A stretch of 63,906 nucleotides of DNA, filler included. It is 6 parts of 6 records of this genome, joined end to end, with 100 filler letters (N's around TTAATTAATTAA, not from the genome) between each part and the next. Parts side by side here need not be neighbours in the genome. Positions count along the whole stretch, not along the records: positions 1 to 13,906 come from SRR2962707_2153; 5 more parts are not named here. The stretch is one strand, 5' to 3'. Below, piece by piece: positions 1-10,947 of this stretch. Each line of letters opens with the position of its first letter. The first letter of the stretch is position 1. The notes beneath the pieces were generated by a model. That model saw nothing but the letters and a program-made list of their open reading frames with translations, was not told the DNA's origin and ran no database searches. A program made the position numbers and the translations under genes.

Positions 1-28
1 TATCCCGGGGTTTGGGGCAGCGCCCCAA
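1..28. repeat. REP-like GC-rich hairpin (partial, at contig edge)
   Basis: TTGGGGC-AGC-GCCCCAA stem-loop at 12-28, downstream of the ycjF stop; resembles the reverse complement of 9295-9343. Confidence 0.45.
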
Positions 29-41
29 TCCTGAACCCCGA

Positions 42-1055
42 TCAACCTTCGGCCTGTGATCCCTTGCCGAACAACCCCGACAAGGCCCGCTTGATGATAC
101 TGCGCACTTTGGGCCTGCGCCCTTGCGAAAACGGCATCGGGCGGCACACTTCCATAGCGGCAACACCGACCCGCGCGGTCAAGGCACCGTTCACCAACCC
201 CTCGCCAAAGCGCCGAGAAAGTTTGGCCAATATCGTCCCGCCCAAAATCGGCTCGAGCATATCATCGCCAACCGCAACTGCGCCGGTTGCCACCAGATGC
301 GACATCACCACCCGTGTCAGTCGCCACGATCCAAAGAACCCGGACCGCCCGCCATAGATTTCAGCGATGCGGCGGATCATGCGCAGGTTGCTGGTCAGGG
401 CGGCGGCCACATCGGCCAGCGCCAGTGGCACCAGTGCTGTCACCGTCGCCACCTGCCGCGCTGCGGCTTCGACCTCCCGACTGGCGGCAATGTCCAGCGG
501 GCCAAGCAGTTCGGCCTCGGTCAACGCCAGCAGGCTTTGTGCATCCAATTGATCTGCGCGCAACTCGGCCAGACGGTCGCGGCCCCAGCGGGTATCTTCG
601 CGGCCCTGATACAGTGCCACCAGCCGATCCGTCACCGACCGCGCCGCTTTCAGATCATCTTGGGCCAAGGCTTCGCCGACGTCGTGATGCAATCCGTCCA
701 GCCGCGCCAACCGGCTGAACGCCGCAAGTTCGCGCAGACACAGCAGTGCCACGACCAGCAGCAACGCGCCAATCAACACGGTCATCGCCATCCCGATCAC
801 AGGATAGCTTGCCATCAGTCCGCCGATAAAGTTCCACGCGGTGATCGACACCAATGCCCCGATAAACGCCGTCAGCAACCACCAGAACAGCTTGACCAGT
901 TTGGACGGCTTGCGCGCCCCTAATCGGGCGGCAATTTGCATCGCTTGGCCCTGTGGGGCGGGCATACCAACTTCGGGCACGGGCGGCGCGTCAGAGACTG
1001 ACGGACGTGGTGCCACATCTTCCTCAAGATCAAACAATACCGGACCTTTGGCCAT
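42..1055 (-). CDS. ycjF: YcjF family (DUF697) membrane protein
   Basis: Two TM helices; ATVTALVPLALAD and EGLVNGALTARVG motifs; lies downstream of ycjX; ATG at 1055 overlaps the GNAT stop. Confidence 0.88.
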   Translation of the reverse strand: MAKGPVLFDLEEDVAPRPSVSDAPPVPEVGMPAPQGQAMQIAARLGARKPSKLVKLFWWLLTAFIGALVSITAWNFIGGLMASYPVIGMAMTVLIGALLLVVALLCLRELAAFSRLARLDGLHHDVGEALAQDDLKAARSVTDRLVALYQGREDTRWGRDRLAELRADQLDAQSLLALTEAELLGPLDIAASREVEAAARQVATVTALVPLALADVAAALTSNLRMIRRIAEIYGGRSGFFGSWRLTRVVMSHLVATGAVAVGDDMLEPILGGTILAKLSRRFGEGLVNGALTARVGVAAMEVCRPMPFSQGRRPKVRSIIKRALSGLFGKGSQAEG

Positions 1056-1498
1056 CACACAGTCTCCCGTTGCCATTCGTATTGAATATCCGGCAAGCGT
1101 TCATCATTGCCGCTTCCATCCGTGCGCTGCATCTCTACAAAACCGTGGCGCAGGTAAAACCGTTGGGCACCCTCGTTGGCTTGAAACGTCCACAATTCCA
1201 GACGGTCCACCACTGTTTGTGCATGGCGCAGCAATGCGGCCCCTATGCCTTGCCCGCGTTTTTCAGACGCCACGTAGAGCGCATCAAGATCGTCACCATT
1301 TCTGGCACAGAACCCGACCACCGTCCCGCTATCCTCGGCCACATGAACCCGACCTAGGTCGATCATACGGGCCGCATGGGCGATATCTTCGGCGCGGGTG
1401 TGAATGCGCGGCAGCCAGTCCGACGTGTCGACGAATTCCGACAAGATCGCGCCCACCGCCCCCGCATCCAGATCGCGCGCCATACGCAAAGCGGTCAC
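1055..1498 (-). CDS. GNAT family N-acetyltransferase
   Basis: Acetyl-CoA motif LYVASEKRGQGIGAALL and NEGAQRFYLRHGF; overlaps both neighbours' start/stop codons. Confidence 0.88.
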   Translation of the reverse strand: MTALRMARDLDAGAVGAILSEFVDTSDWLPRIHTRAEDIAHAARMIDLGRVHVAEDSGTVVGFCARNGDDLDALYVASEKRGQGIGAALLRHAQTVVDRLELWTFQANEGAQRFYLRHGFVEMQRTDGSGNDERLPDIQYEWQRETV

Positions 1499-2907
1499 AA
1501 CCGGTCTCCGATCAAAAACTCTGCGGCGCGGTCCAGCCGGATATGCGGTGGGCCGTCGCCGGGGCGCAGGTCCAGTTTCGCCGGGGCAAAACGCATTATT
1601 TTATAGTCCTGATCCAGCCATTTTTCCGCCCCCGCCCGCGCGGGGCTTAGCAGATGCGCGGGGTCTTTGGGCAACTCGCCAGGATAAAACGCCGCCTCTT
1701 TTCCCGTCTCAAGTAGACTGCCACGCACAACATCTAGGGTTTCGCCGCCATGCTGCATCGACGCTTCGGTCGTGGCACGTAAGGACGCCAGCGACATGGC
1801 AGAGGTCGTGGCCCCCGCAAACCGCGCGCGGTCACGGGCGTCGCGGGTCAAGGCCTCCATGATCGCGGTCAGGCGGGGATGCTGGGAATGGTGCAGATGA
1901 TCGGCCTTGGTCGCGGCAAACAGGATTTTCTCGACCCGTTTGCCGCGCAGGATTTGCGTCAGGAACCCGTTGCGCCCCGGTCTAAAGCTGCTCAGAATTT
2001 CGGTCATCGCGGCACGCAGGTCTTCGACGGCACGCGGGCCTTGATTGATCGCGCCAAGCGCATCGACCAGCACGACTTGGCGGTCGATCTTGGCAAAATG
2101 ATCGCGGAAAAACGGTTGCACGACTTTGCGTTTATACGCCTCGAACCGCCGCGCCATTTCGCGCAGCAGCGATCCGCGTGCCCCCCCGTCGCCGGGTAAG
2201 GGCGCAAAGGTCAGCACCGGCGATCCGGCCAGATCACCGGGCAGCAAGAACCGCCCCGGCGTGCAATCGGAATAGCCATTGGCCCGCGCTGTTTGCAGAT
2301 ATCCGGCAAAGCTGGCGGCAAGCGCCTGCGCCGTGGGTTCATCAAGGACCGCCTGCGCATCCGTATCTGCGACCAACGCGCGGTAGGCTGCCGCCTCGTC
2401 GCGCCCTTCAATCCGTTGCAAAACCTGCGCGGACCATTGCGCATAATCCACATCCAGCAACGCCAGATCCAGCAGCCATTCGCCGGGGTAATCCACAATA
2501 TCCAGATGGATCGTGCGCGGCCCCTGAAACCCCGCGAGCAAGCCATTTGGCCGCACGCGCAAGGACAAGCGCAATTGCGATATCGCGCGGGTGCTTTCGG
2601 GCCAATGGGGCGTGGGGCCTGTCAAAGCGGCAAGGTGATTTTCATATTCAAAGCGCGGCACGGTATCATCGGGTTGAGGCTGCAAAAACGCGGCCTCGAT
2701 CCGCCCTTCGGATGCGGCCAGCAGCCCCGGCATCCGGCCACGGTCCAGCAGGTTCGCCACCAGCGAGGTGATAAAAACCGTTTTGCCCGACCGCGCCAGT
2801 CCGGTGACACCCAGACGGATGACGGGTTCGAAAAACGCTTCTGACACGCCGTCCTGAACGTTTTCCACCTGCCGCCAAATTTCATCGGCAATTCTTGAGA
2901 GTACCAA
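1495..2907 (-). CDS. ycjX: YcjX family P-loop NTPase (DUF463)
   Basis: GVTGLARSGKT Walker A, LDIVDYPGEWLLDL, FAATKADH. Confidence 0.92.
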   Translation of the reverse strand: MVLSRIADEIWRQVENVQDGVSEAFFEPVIRLGVTGLARSGKTVFITSLVANLLDRGRMPGLLAASEGRIEAAFLQPQPDDTVPRFEYENHLAALTGPTPHWPESTRAISQLRLSLRVRPNGLLAGFQGPRTIHLDIVDYPGEWLLDLALLDVDYAQWSAQVLQRIEGRDEAAAYRALVADTDAQAVLDEPTAQALAASFAGYLQTARANGYSDCTPGRFLLPGDLAGSPVLTFAPLPGDGGARGSLLREMARRFEAYKRKVVQPFFRDHFAKIDRQVVLVDALGAINQGPRAVEDLRAAMTEILSSFRPGRNGFLTQILRGKRVEKILFAATKADHLHHSQHPRLTAIMEALTRDARDRARFAGATTSAMSLASLRATTEASMQHGGETLDVVRGSLLETGKEAAFYPGELPKDPAHLLSPARAGAEKWLDQDYKIMRFAPAKLDLRPGDGPPHIRLDRAAEFLIGDRL

Positions 2908-3000
2908 AGCCCGCGCCCGCCCTTACCTTGCTGTTGAAAGTGAACATAAGCACGGGGTGCAGGGATTGCCAGAAGGCACGACCCGCGCTAAGCCCCCGCC

Positions 3001-3771
3001 ATGTATCGCTATGCCCTGAAAATCGAATACCACGGCGAACCCTTTCACGGGTGGCAACGCCAGAACGATGTGCCCTCGGTACAGGGCGTGATCGAGGCTG
3101 CGCTGGCCAAGATCGAACCGCGCGACCACAACATTGCAGCGGCGGGCCGCACGGACAAAGGCGTTCATGCGATGGCGCAGGTCGCCCATTGCGATATGGA
3201 ACGCGACTGGACCCCGTTCCGGCTGTCCGAAGCGTTAAACTATCACATGAAGCCGCATCCCGTGGCGATTGTGGATTGCGCACAGGTCGACGAGACGTTC
3301 CATGCCCGTTTTTCCGCACAGGAACGGCGATACTTTTTTCGTATCCTGATGCGGCGGGCACCTGCGACCCATCAGGCCGGGTTGGTGTGGAACGTAAAGA
3401 AGCCGCTTGATCTGGATGCCATGCGCGAAGGTGCAAGCCATCTGTTGGGCAAGCATGATTTCACAACATTCAGGTCGACGATTTGCCAATCCATCACGCC
3501 CGTTAAGACAGTTGACCGTCTGGACATGTCATTGGCGGACACCCCCGCCGGACCCGAAGTGCATTTTGATGTGCGGGCACGGTCGTTTTTGCACAATCAG
3601 GTCCGCAGTTTCGTTGGCACGTTGGAACGGGTCGGCGCAGGGTCTCTTCGCCCCGAGGATGTCAAAACCATGCTTGAGGCGCGCGACCGTCAGGCCTGTG
3701 GGCCAGTATCCCCGCCACATGGTCTGTACCTGTCCCATGTCGGGTACCTCGTGGACCCCTTCGCGGCTTAG
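3001..3771 (+). CDS. truA: tRNA pseudouridine(38-40) synthase
   Basis: GWQRQ, catalytic [31 protein letters not shown]. Confidence 0.97.
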   Translation: MYRYALKIEYHGEPFHGWQRQNDVPSVQGVIEAALAKIEPRDHNIAAAGRTDKGVHAMAQVAHCDMERDWTPFRLSEALNYHMKPHPVAIVDCAQVDETFHARFSAQERRYFFRILMRRAPATHQAGLVWNVKKPLDLDAMREGASHLLGKHDFTTFRSTICQSITPVKTVDRLDMSLADTPAGPEVHFDVRARSFLHNQVRSFVGTLERVGAGSLRPEDVKTMLEARDRQACGPVSPPHGLYLSHVGYLVDPFAA

Positions 3772-5195
3772 GTTTTTGCGATCACAGCCCAATCACCATG
3801 ATGGGCACCCTCTTGATCCAGCCGTTCGAACCCATGCGCCCCAAAGAAATCACGTTGCGCCTGGATCAGGTTGGCGGTGCCCCGCCCACGTCTGATCGTA
3901 TCATACCACGCCAAAGCAGCGCCAATCGCAGGTACCGCGACCCCGGACAACACGGCAGTCGCTACGACCCGCCGCAACGCCCCGATTGATCCGTCCAGCA
4001 GATCGCGAATAGCAGGCGCAAGGATCAGTTCGCCGCCGGGCAATTCACTGCGGAATGCGGTTGCGAAATCATCCAACAAGGCCGACCGGATGATACATCC
4101 TGCGCGCCAAATCTCGGATATGCGCGCCATGTCCAGCTGCCACGCGAATTCGTCAGATGCCGCCGCTAAAACGCGAAAGCCCTGCGCGTGGCCGATGATA
4201 CGTGCGGCCAGCAGCGCCTGTTGCAGGTCATCCGCATCGGGCAGTGGTGCCTTTTGCGGGTGCGCCGTCAACAGCGGCTCGGCGATCTGGCGGGTTTTCT
4301 TTTCGCTCGACCACCCGCGCGCGCCCACGGCTGCTTCGATTGTGCTGGCCGATTGGCCCAGTTTTAGCGCCTCTATCAAGGTCCAGCGGCCCGTGCCTTT
4401 TTGGCCCGCTTGATCCTTGATCACATCGACAAGGGGCCGGCCCGTGATGGCATCGGTGGTTTGCAACGCCGCCGCCGACACCTCTATCAGATATGAACTT
4501 AGCGGGCCGTTTTGCCAGCTTTCAAATAGACGCCCGATATCGGCTGCAGCTTGCCCGCCCGCGTCGCGTAAAATGCCGTATACCTCGGCGATCATTTGCA
4601 TATCCGCGTATTCAATGCCGTTGTGTACTGTCTTGACGAAATGGCCAGCACCGTCGGGGCCCAGATGATCAACGCAAGGCTCGCCTTGGAATTTGGCTGC
4701 GATGGCTTCGACCATCGGGCGCATATGTTGCCAGCTTTCTTTGGTGCCCCCGACCATGATCGACGGGCCATGCCGTGCACCGTCTGCACCGCCGGAAACG
4801 CCCATACCAACGAAATGACATCCGGTCTTTTCAACCATGGTTGACCGTCTGCGGGTATCGTGGAAATCGGCATTTCCGCCATCAATGATCGTGTCACCGC
4901 GATCCAGATACGGTAAAATCACGTCGATCATCGCCTCCATCGGCGCGCCTGACGGTATCATAAACAAGACGCTGCGGGGGCGGGATATAGAAGCTACAAA
5001 TTCAGCCAGATCAGCGGCACCGGTAAACTGCCCCGCAAGAGCGCCTGATGCCTCGATGAACGGGGCGATCCAGTCCGCTTCCTTGTTGCTGACTGCAACC
5101 TTGAAACCATGTTCAGCCAGGTTCAACGCCAGCGCGCTGCCCATGGTGCCTAACCCGAAAACCCCGATATCGGCACTGGTTTCGCGGTTTTTCAT
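3768..5195 (-). CDS. gnd: 6-phosphogluconate dehydrogenase, decarboxylating
   Basis: GLGTMG Rossmann motif, [44 protein letters not shown]; start at ATG 5195 with upstream AAAGGA. Confidence 0.95.
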   Translation of the reverse strand: MKNRETSADIGVFGLGTMGSALALNLAEHGFKVAVSNKEADWIAPFIEASGALAGQFTGAADLAEFVASISRPRSVLFMIPSGAPMEAMIDVILPYLDRGDTIIDGGNADFHDTRRRSTMVEKTGCHFVGMGVSGGADGARHGPSIMVGGTKESWQHMRPMVEAIAAKFQGEPCVDHLGPDGAGHFVKTVHNGIEYADMQMIAEVYGILRDAGGQAAADIGRLFESWQNGPLSSYLIEVSAAALQTTDAITGRPLVDVIKDQAGQKGTGRWTLIEALKLGQSASTIEAAVGARGWSSEKKTRQIAEPLLTAHPQKAPLPDADDLQQALLAARIIGHAQGFRVLAAASDEFAWQLDMARISEIWRAGCIIRSALLDDFATAFRSELPGGELILAPAIRDLLDGSIGALRRVVATAVLSGVAVPAIGAALAWYDTIRRGRGTANLIQAQRDFFGAHGFERLDQEGAHHGDWAVIAKT

Positions 5196-5346
5196 GACTA
5201 TATTCCTTTCAAGGTAGCCCTCACAAAGTGGAACGCGCAGAGCGCCGCTGCAAGAGGCCAAATCCTAAGAAATTGATTCCTTTTACAAAATCGTTTACTA
5301 ATCAACGATAAAAACAAAAAACGTATCTGTTGGCAGGTGATCTAAA

Positions 5347-5805
5347 ATGATGCACGCATTCAAACGCGCATGGGATGAAATGTTCCTTCCTATGTGGCAG
5401 CGGCCGAAACGGCTGCAAGTCGCAGCACTATGCTATCGCGAGACATCGAAGGGTAAACAGGTGTTGCTGATCACAAGCCGTGACACCGGGCGATGGATCG
5501 TGCCAAAAGGCTGGCCCGTAGACGGTCTTGATGGTGCCGAGGCCGCCCTACAAGAAGCTTGGGAAGAGGCCGGCGTGTCAAAAGCCGACATCGAAAGCGA
5601 CCCGATCGGTTATTATGACTATAACAAACGTCTGGATCACGGGCTGTCCACGCCTGTGAATGCCCAAGTGTATCTGACACGCGTGCGCAACCTCGAAGAT
5701 AAATACCCCGAGGTTAATGAACGCAAGCGCAAGTGGTTCACCCCGGCCGAGGCTGCGAAGCTTGTCGATGAACCGGACCTGCAGGATATTCTGCGGTCGC
5801 TTTAA
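5347..5805 (+). CDS. NUDIX hydrolase (diadenosine polyphosphate hydrolase-like)
   Basis: LLITSRDTGRWIVPKGW...ALQEAWEEAGV Nudix box. Confidence 0.9.
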   Translation: MMHAFKRAWDEMFLPMWQRPKRLQVAALCYRETSKGKQVLLITSRDTGRWIVPKGWPVDGLDGAEAALQEAWEEAGVSKADIESDPIGYYDYNKRLDHGLSTPVNAQVYLTRVRNLEDKYPEVNERKRKWFTPAEAAKLVDEPDLQDILRSL

Positions 5806-5899
5806 TCTACGTTGCCCGGTTTGTCCGGCTCATAGGCTCAGACTTGTATAGGTGCAGCGTTTCTGGCAGGACGCGCCAATCGTATTGATCGGAGCAGCT

Positions 5900-7381
5900 A
5901 TGACTGACGCGCCAAAAGGCCAGCAATGGAAGACGCTGGACACTGATCTGCACCGCATTTCACGGGTAGAACAAGCAGCAACCTATGCCGCCCGCCCGAT
6001 GGTCGGTTTCGGGATCGCGCTGGCATTTATCGTGTTTGCCGCCCTTTCTGCGGGCATCTTCCTTGGCTATTCGTCGTCCAATTACGTGGTCATCGCCGCT
6101 GCGGCCTTTGGGGCCTATATGGCGGTCAATATTGGGGCCAACGACGTTGCCAACAATATGGGCCCGGCTGTGGGTGCCAAGGCGCTTAGCATGGGCGGTG
6201 CCATTCTGATTGCCGCCATCTGCGAAAGCGCGGGCGCATTGCTGGCAGGGGGCGATGTTGTATCGACCATCTCAAAGGGGATCATTGATCCGACGTCGGT
6301 TGCAGATGCGCAGGTGTTTATCTGGGCGATGATGGCCGCACTTATTTCGTCTGCTCTTTGGGTCAATCTGGCCACTTGGGTGGGCGCGCCAGTGTCGACA
6401 ACGCATTCGGTCGTTGGGGGCGTTTTGGGTGCTGGCATCGCCGCCGCTGGCCTGTCCGCCGTTAATTGGCCCTCGATGGGCATGATCGCCGCAAGCTGGG
6501 TGATTTCACCGGTTTTGGGCGGGGTCGTCGCTGCGGGTTTTCTGGCGTTGATCAAGGCGAAAATCCTGTACCAAGAAGACAAGATCGCAGCCGCGCGCCG
6601 GTGGGTTCCGATTTTGGTGGGCGTTATGGCTGGCGTGTTCGCCACCTATCTGGCGCTGAAGGGGCTGAAAAAGATCGTTCACATCGACATGGGCGTGGCT
6701 CTGTTCATCGGGTTGGTTCTTGGGATCGTTGCCTATGCCGTGTCACGCCCCGCCATTTTTCGCGCCTCTGTCGGGATGGAAAACCGGAACAAATCCGTAA
6801 AGGTATTGTTTGGACTGCCCCTGGTATTCTCAGCCGCTTTGCTAAGCTTTGCCCACGGGGCCAATGATGTTGCCAACGCGGTTGGCCCCTTGGCCGCTAT
6901 TGTTCACGCGTCGGAATTTGGCGGTTTCGAGGCCAAAGTATCCATACCCACATGGGTCATGGTGATCGGTGCATTCGGCATCTCGTTCGGGCTGTTTTTG
7001 TTCGGGCCGAAACTGATCCGTATGGTCGGCAGCCAGATTACAAAGCTGAACCCCATGCGCGCCTATTGTGTGGCCCTGTCAGCTGCGATCACGGTGATTG
7101 TAGCATCCTGGCTGGGGCTGCCTGTCAGTTCGACCCATATCGCGGTTGGCGGCGTGTTTGGCGTGGGCTTTTACCGCGAATGGCATATGGAGCGCCGATT
7201 GCGCGGGCCCGATGCCACCGTTGTCCGGGTCAAACGCATTGCCGTTGAGGAACGCCGCCGCCGCAAACTGGTACGTCGGTCGCATTTCATGACAATCATT
7301 GCCGCTTGGGTGATCACCGTTCCGGCCGCCGCAACCATGTCCGCGCTTATCTTTGTCGTGCTGACGGCGATTGTTGGCTAG
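5900..7381 (+). CDS. Inorganic phosphate transporter, PiT family
   Basis: Two GANDVAN signatures, PVSTTH/PVSSTH, many TM helices; GGAG RBS before ATG 5900. Confidence 0.93.
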   Translation: MTDAPKGQQWKTLDTDLHRISRVEQAATYAARPMVGFGIALAFIVFAALSAGIFLGYSSSNYVVIAAAAFGAYMAVNIGANDVANNMGPAVGAKALSMGGAILIAAICESAGALLAGGDVVSTISKGIIDPTSVADAQVFIWAMMAALISSALWVNLATWVGAPVSTTHSVVGGVLGAGIAAAGLSAVNWPSMGMIAASWVISPVLGGVVAAGFLALIKAKILYQEDKIAAARRWVPILVGVMAGVFATYLALKGLKKIVHIDMGVALFIGLVLGIVAYAVSRPAIFRASVGMENRNKSVKVLFGLPLVFSAALLSFAHGANDVANAVGPLAAIVHASEFGGFEAKVSIPTWVMVIGAFGISFGLFLFGPKLIRMVGSQITKLNPMRAYCVALSAAITVIVASWLGLPVSSTHIAVGGVFGVGFYREWHMERRLRGPDATVVRVKRIAVEERRRRKLVRRSHFMTIIAAWVITVPAAATMSALIFVVLTAIVG

Positions 7382-8367
7382 ATATCAGTCGGGGACAGGT
7401 GCGGTATCCCCCGCCCTGTGGCCTGATTTATCTGTTGCTGCACGCGCGTGCACAGTGGTGTTGGTACTGATTTTTCAGCGCCCAGCCTGATGATCACCCC
7501 TTGAAGCGCGTCAATCTCGGTCTTTTTTCCGGCCTCAAGATCATAGGACATCGACGTGCGCGCCGTGGGATCGATGGTAAGCATCTTGGCCGCGACCCGC
7601 TGAAAGATCGGCGTTGGAAGGCGCAAAGCCCATGGGATCAACCCCGATGGCAAGGGTGTTGAGGATCGCGTTTGAATGCCATGCGCCTTCAACACCTTTA
7701 ACGCCTCGACCATCTGTGCGGCCATGACCAAGCGCCACGGACGGCTGAGCAGTTGCGCCTGAAGCGTCAAACCCGACAAGGCATTCAGTGCATTATTCAA
7801 ATTAATCAGCAGCTTGCCCCATTGGACCGCTGCAATATCATCGCTATTTTCAAATACCAGATCAGGGTGTGACAGATGGTCGGCCAAAGGCGTCTCGCCC
7901 GCCTCGATCACAATATCACCGCTGGTAGAACGATGATACGAACCCGCACCCACAGGCACCACATTGAACGGCACCATGCCGGCGCGGACATCATGGGCTG
8001 GCAGGATGTTTCGCAAAGTTTGCACCGCCTCCATCCCGTTTTGCAGGCTGATCACCACTGCGGTTTTGGACGCGTTCCGGTTGATTTCATGCGCCATCGC
8101 GGCAGTATCTGCGGTCTTGACCGTCACCAAAACCAACGCCGCTGCTTTTAGGCAATTTGGGTCATCCGTCAGCGTCAGGTCTTGCGCGCGCACATCCACA
8201 TCCAACCCGCCAAAATCTGTCAGGTGCAGGCCGTTTTCGGTGATCTCATCCATGACACGGCGGCGCGCAAGCAGGGTCACATCATGACCGCGCGCCGCCA
8301 AAAGACCGCCCACAAAGCAACCGATCGCCCCTGCTCCCGCAACGACGATCGGTTGCTGCGAGGTCAT
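7378..8367 (-). CDS. 2-dehydropantoate 2-reductase (ApbA/PanE family)
   Basis: [35 protein letters not shown]. Confidence 0.88.
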   Translation of the reverse strand: MTSQQPIVVAGAGAIGCFVGGLLAARGHDVTLLARRRVMDEITENGLHLTDFGGLDVDVRAQDLTLTDDPNCLKAAALVLVTVKTADTAAMAHEINRNASKTAVVISLQNGMEAVQTLRNILPAHDVRAGMVPFNVVPVGAGSYHRSTSGDIVIEAGETPLADHLSHPDLVFENSDDIAAVQWGKLLINLNNALNALSGLTLQAQLLSRPWRLVMAAQMVEALKVLKAHGIQTRSSTPLPSGLIPWALRLPTPIFQRVAAKMLTIDPTARTSMSYDLEAGKKTEIDALQGVIIRLGAEKSVPTPLCTRVQQQINQATGRGIPHLSPTDI

Positions 8368-9269
8368 TTACCCAAGCACCAGCGCATGATCGATTTTTGC
8401 GCGTGCAGCCGATTTTCAGCCTCGTCAAAGATCACCGAATTGGGGCCATCCATAACCGCGCTTGTCACCTCGTCGTCGCGGTGGGCAGGCAAGCAATGCA
8501 TGAACAGGGCGTCAGGCTTGGCCTTGGACATCAACCCATCGTTCACCTGATAGCCGCGCAACTGATTGTGACGGCGTTCACGCGCGGATTGCGGGTCATG
8601 CATGGAAACCCATGTATCGGTGACAACCAGATCTGCGCCCTCGACCGCTTTGTTCGGATCACGTTCGGTGGTGTAGAGGCCATTCAAGGCAGGTTCGGGA
8701 TCTAGCGTTGGCGGGCCGGTAAAGACCAGATCAAAATCAAAGCTTTTGGCCGCATGGGCAAAACTAGCAAAGACATTGTTGCCGTCGCCGGACCAGACGA
8801 CCTTTTTCCCTTTGATCGGGCCGTTGTGTTCCTCGAACGTCATGATATCGGCCATGATCTGGCAAGGGTGCGTGCGGTTGGTCAGCCCGTTGATCACCGG
8901 AACGCTGGCGTATTCGGCCATTTCCAAAAGCGTCGCTTCTTCGAAGGTGCGGATCATGATCAGGTCAACATAGCGTGACAACACGCGGGCTGTGTCGGCG
9001 ATGGTTTCACCGTGACCCAGTTGCATGTCTGCGCCGGACAAAACCATGGTTTGGCCACCCATCTGGCGCACACCAACATCAAAGCTGACGCGGGTACGGG
9101 TCGATGGTTTTTCGAATATCAGCGCGACCATGTGGTCTTTGAGAGGTTGTTCGTCGTCAGGCGCACCGCGCGGGCGGCCCTGACGGTCAGCCTTCATTGC
9201 CGCGGCGTTGTCGATGATACCGCGCAGTTCGGCGGGGTCGGTTTGGTGAATGTCGAGAAAATGTTTCAT
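8364..9269 (-). CDS. argF: Ornithine carbamoyltransferase
   Basis: [34 protein letters not shown]. Confidence 0.97.
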   Translation of the reverse strand: MKHFLDIHQTDPAELRGIIDNAAAMKADRQGRPRGAPDDEQPLKDHMVALIFEKPSTRTRVSFDVGVRQMGGQTMVLSGADMQLGHGETIADTARVLSRYVDLIMIRTFEEATLLEMAEYASVPVINGLTNRTHPCQIMADIMTFEEHNGPIKGKKVVWSGDGNNVFASFAHAAKSFDFDLVFTGPPTLDPEPALNGLYTTERDPNKAVEGADLVVTDTWVSMHDPQSARERRHNQLRGYQVNDGLMSKAKPDALFMHCLPAHRDDEVTSAVMDGPNSVIFDEAENRLHAQKSIMRWCLGK

Positions 9270-9294
9270 AGGTAATTCTTCTGTTTGAAAGGAC

Positions 9295-9343
9295 GGGGGG
9301 CCAGCCCCCCCGAACCCCCCGGAGTTTATTGGGCAAAATGAAG
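9295..9343. repeat. REP-like intergenic element between argD and argF
   Basis: GGGGGG-CCAG-CCCCCC hairpin followed by CGAACCCCCCGGAGTTTATTGGGCAAAATGAAG; its reverse complement resembles 1-28. Confidence 0.5.
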
Positions 9344-9344
9344 A

Positions 9345-10520
9345 TCAGGCCGTTTCAAGGCTGCTTGCGGTTTTGTCGAGCCGCGCAATCGCTTCGGCGA
9401 TTTCTTCATCGGTGATTGTCAGGGGTGGCAGCAGGCGGATCACATTGTCGGCAGCCGGTACGGTGACGATTTCGTGTTTATAGCCCGCCGCGACCACATC
9501 GCTGTTCGTTGCTTTGCATTTCAGACCCAACATGAGCCCAGCACCGCGAACGGAGTCAAAGACATCAGGGTGGTTGGCCACAAGACCTTCAAGCTTTTGA
9601 CGGATCATGCTGGCCTTGCGGTTGACCTCGGCCAGAAAGGCCGGATCGCCGATGATATCAATGACCGCATTACCGACGGCGCAGGCCAAAGGGTTACCGC
9701 CATAGGTGGACCCGTGGGTGCCCGCCGTCATACCTGATGCCGCGTCTTCGGTGGCAAGCACCGCGCCCAGGGGGAAGCCACCACCGATTCCTTTGGCGAC
9801 CATCATGATGTCGGGTGTGATGCCCGCCCATTCATGGGCAAAAAGCTTGCCGGTCCGGCCGACGCCGCATTGTACCTCGTCCAGGATTAGAAGGATGCCG
9901 TGTTCATCGCAGAGTGCACGCATCCCTTTCAGGCTTTGATCCGGGACAGGGCGAATGCCGCCCTCGCCTTGGATCGGTTCGATCATAATCGCGGCCGTGG
10001 TGTCGGTAATCGCGGCTTTGAGCGCGTCATCATCGCCAAACTCGAGATGTATGAACCCCGGCAGGAGCGGGCCAAACCCCTTGGTCATTTTTTCGGATCC
10101 CGCAGCCGCGATACCCGCAGAGGAACGACCGTGAAACGAACCGGAGAAGGTAATAATCTCGACCCGGTCAGGCTGCCCTTTGTCGTAGAAATATTTGCGC
10201 GCCATTTTCACGGCCAGCTCGCAGGATTCTGTACCCGAGTTGGTGAAAAACACCGTATCAGCAAAGCTGAGATCGACGAGTTTATCGGCGAGCGCTTGCT
10301 GCTGGGGTATTTGATACAGGTTCGACGTGTGCCAAAGCTTGCCCGCCTGTTCCGTCAGCGCTGCGACCAACGCAGGGTTGGCATGGCCTAACGCGTTAAC
10401 GGCGATGCCCGCGCCCAAATCCAGAAATCGGCGGCCGTCTTCCTCGATCAGCCAGCTGCCTTCGCCTTTGACAAAGCTAAGGGGCGCACGGGAATAGGTC
10501 GGCAGAACAGATGGGATCAT
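9345..10520 (-). CDS. argD: Acetylornithine aminotransferase
   Basis: Class III PLP motifs FTNSGTES, FHGRS, DEVQCG, AKGIGGG, HGSTYGGNP; adjacent to argF; start MIPSVLPTY with AAGGA RBS. Confidence 0.95.
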   Translation of the reverse strand: MIPSVLPTYSRAPLSFVKGEGSWLIEEDGRRFLDLGAGIAVNALGHANPALVAALTEQAGKLWHTSNLYQIPQQQALADKLVDLSFADTVFFTNSGTESCELAVKMARKYFYDKGQPDRVEIITFSGSFHGRSSAGIAAAGSEKMTKGFGPLLPGFIHLEFGDDDALKAAITDTTAAIMIEPIQGEGGIRPVPDQSLKGMRALCDEHGILLILDEVQCGVGRTGKLFAHEWAGITPDIMMVAKGIGGGFPLGAVLATEDAASGMTAGTHGSTYGGNPLACAVGNAVIDIIGDPAFLAEVNRKASMIRQKLEGLVANHPDVFDSVRGAGLMLGLKCKATNSDVVAAGYKHEIVTVPAADNVIRLLPPLTITDEEIAEAIARLDKTASSLETA

Positions 10521-10663
10521 CGGGATCATCCTTGTGGGGTTGGCCGCATCAAAGCCACAAAAGGCCATGGGAGGCGGAAAGGGTCAATGGAATTCAGGGG
10601 GTTTTTGCGGATTATTACCGCATATGATCAATCGCACCCCACGACAGGGATGGCGAAGCTAGG

Positions 10664-10708
10664 TCAGCTTTGGCGTCGTCGCGAAATATGTGCTACGCAA
10701 TTGATCAT
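10664..10708 (-). CDS. Putative arginine-sensing leader peptide MINCVAHISRRRQS (14 aa)
   Basis: ATG 10708 to TGA 10664; three tandem Arg codons CGA CGA CGC; ends 143 nt upstream of argD; complementary segments downstream. Confidence 0.6.
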   Translation of the reverse strand: MINCVAHISRRRQS

Positions 10709-10947
10709 GCGGATTTGTTAATCGAATGGGGCGATATTGCATAGCGTAAATTTTGCCGACCCCTGTATTTTCGGTCGATTTGGGTCAAAGAGTTCGATTT
10801 TGATGTGGTTTTGCAGCCCCGATTAGGCCCACAAGCCCCCCAAACGCTGCTTCGCGCCTTGCACCCAAGCTGTCAGTGATTAGTATAGGGACTTGAGATT
10901 TTCCAAGGCGGTCCGGAATGGGGCCGCTTTTTAGCTAAGGACGCCAA

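Noticed and set aside
3768-5195. gnd as a horizontally inserted gene
   Set aside because: It overlaps the truA stop convergently, but I see no mobility signatures and cannot assess its distribution without a search.
10713-10947. CtrA box in the gcrA promoter
   Set aside because: Only a single TTAA half-site (~10718); no TTAA-N7-TTAA match found.
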